A stretch of 64,000 nucleotides of DNA from NCBI RefSeq assembly GCF_004010195.1, contig NC_057750.1, positions 12,313,144 through 12,377,143 of the forward strand. The letters run 5' to 3'. The stretch's first letter is position 1, and each line of letters opens with the position of its first letter. The notes under the pieces were generated by a model. The model saw only the letters and a list, made by a program, of their open reading frames with translations. It made no database searches and was not told where the DNA came from. The position numbers and the translations under genes were made by a program. Below, piece by piece: positions 63,696 through 64,000 of this stretch. The stretch is from Chiloscyllium plagiosum. Lineage: Eukaryota.

Positions 63696-64000
63696 AAACA
63701 CACAACTGCACTAAGCCAACCAATACACATCACTCTCAAATAACTGTGAACCACTCACCATGAGACTCTCATGTGCTGCTGGTTTTATTTTGAAAATATG
63801 ACATAATTAAGAAAGGTTTCACCATAATAAGTGACCATGACATTCAAATATAATATGTACAAAATGGCTAAAAGCTGGTCTGAGGCATGGCACATTGTAA
63901 ACACGCTACTGATGTAATCTCAGCATCTTAATTCTTGTTAGGAAATCAAAATTTCAGCTCCTGCTTAATTCACCCTGAATGCTGCCTTTCCCACTCTTCT

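Overview
Eukaryotic, repeat-dense vertebrate genomic DNA, most likely a shark (HE1-type V-SINEs, CR1-type LINEs and Deu-domain SINE remnants, recognised from memory). The only host gene found is the 3' part of a + strand Na+/Ca2+ exchanger, best matching SLC8A2/NCX2. Six GT-AG exons splice in frame: 17071-17174, an 18-nt microexon at 18852-18869, 23326-23450, 29101-29200, 36494-36769 and 55442-55818 (stop). They encode the CBD2 C-terminal part, the alpha-2 repeat and the C-terminus (...EAYCHIKGF). The large 5' coding exon(s) lie outside the window. The introns contain decayed CR1, Rex1/Babar, L1 and L2 LINEs, SINEs, MITEs and a 713-nt N gap. The most striking non-coding signal is more than 10 Penelope-like element (PLE) ends from at least three families. 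Many carry a minimal type-I hammerhead ribozyme core (CUGANGA, stem II, GAAA, NN-UH) whose stem II differs between families but always pairs. Several are fold-back insertions with an inverted 5' arm, a 33-47 nt unpaired 3' tail and 12-15 bp target-site duplications. Six cores lie in the sense orientation of the exchanger pre-mRNA. Repeat boundaries are read by eye and approximate; exon boundaries were checked base by base. No database searches were run.
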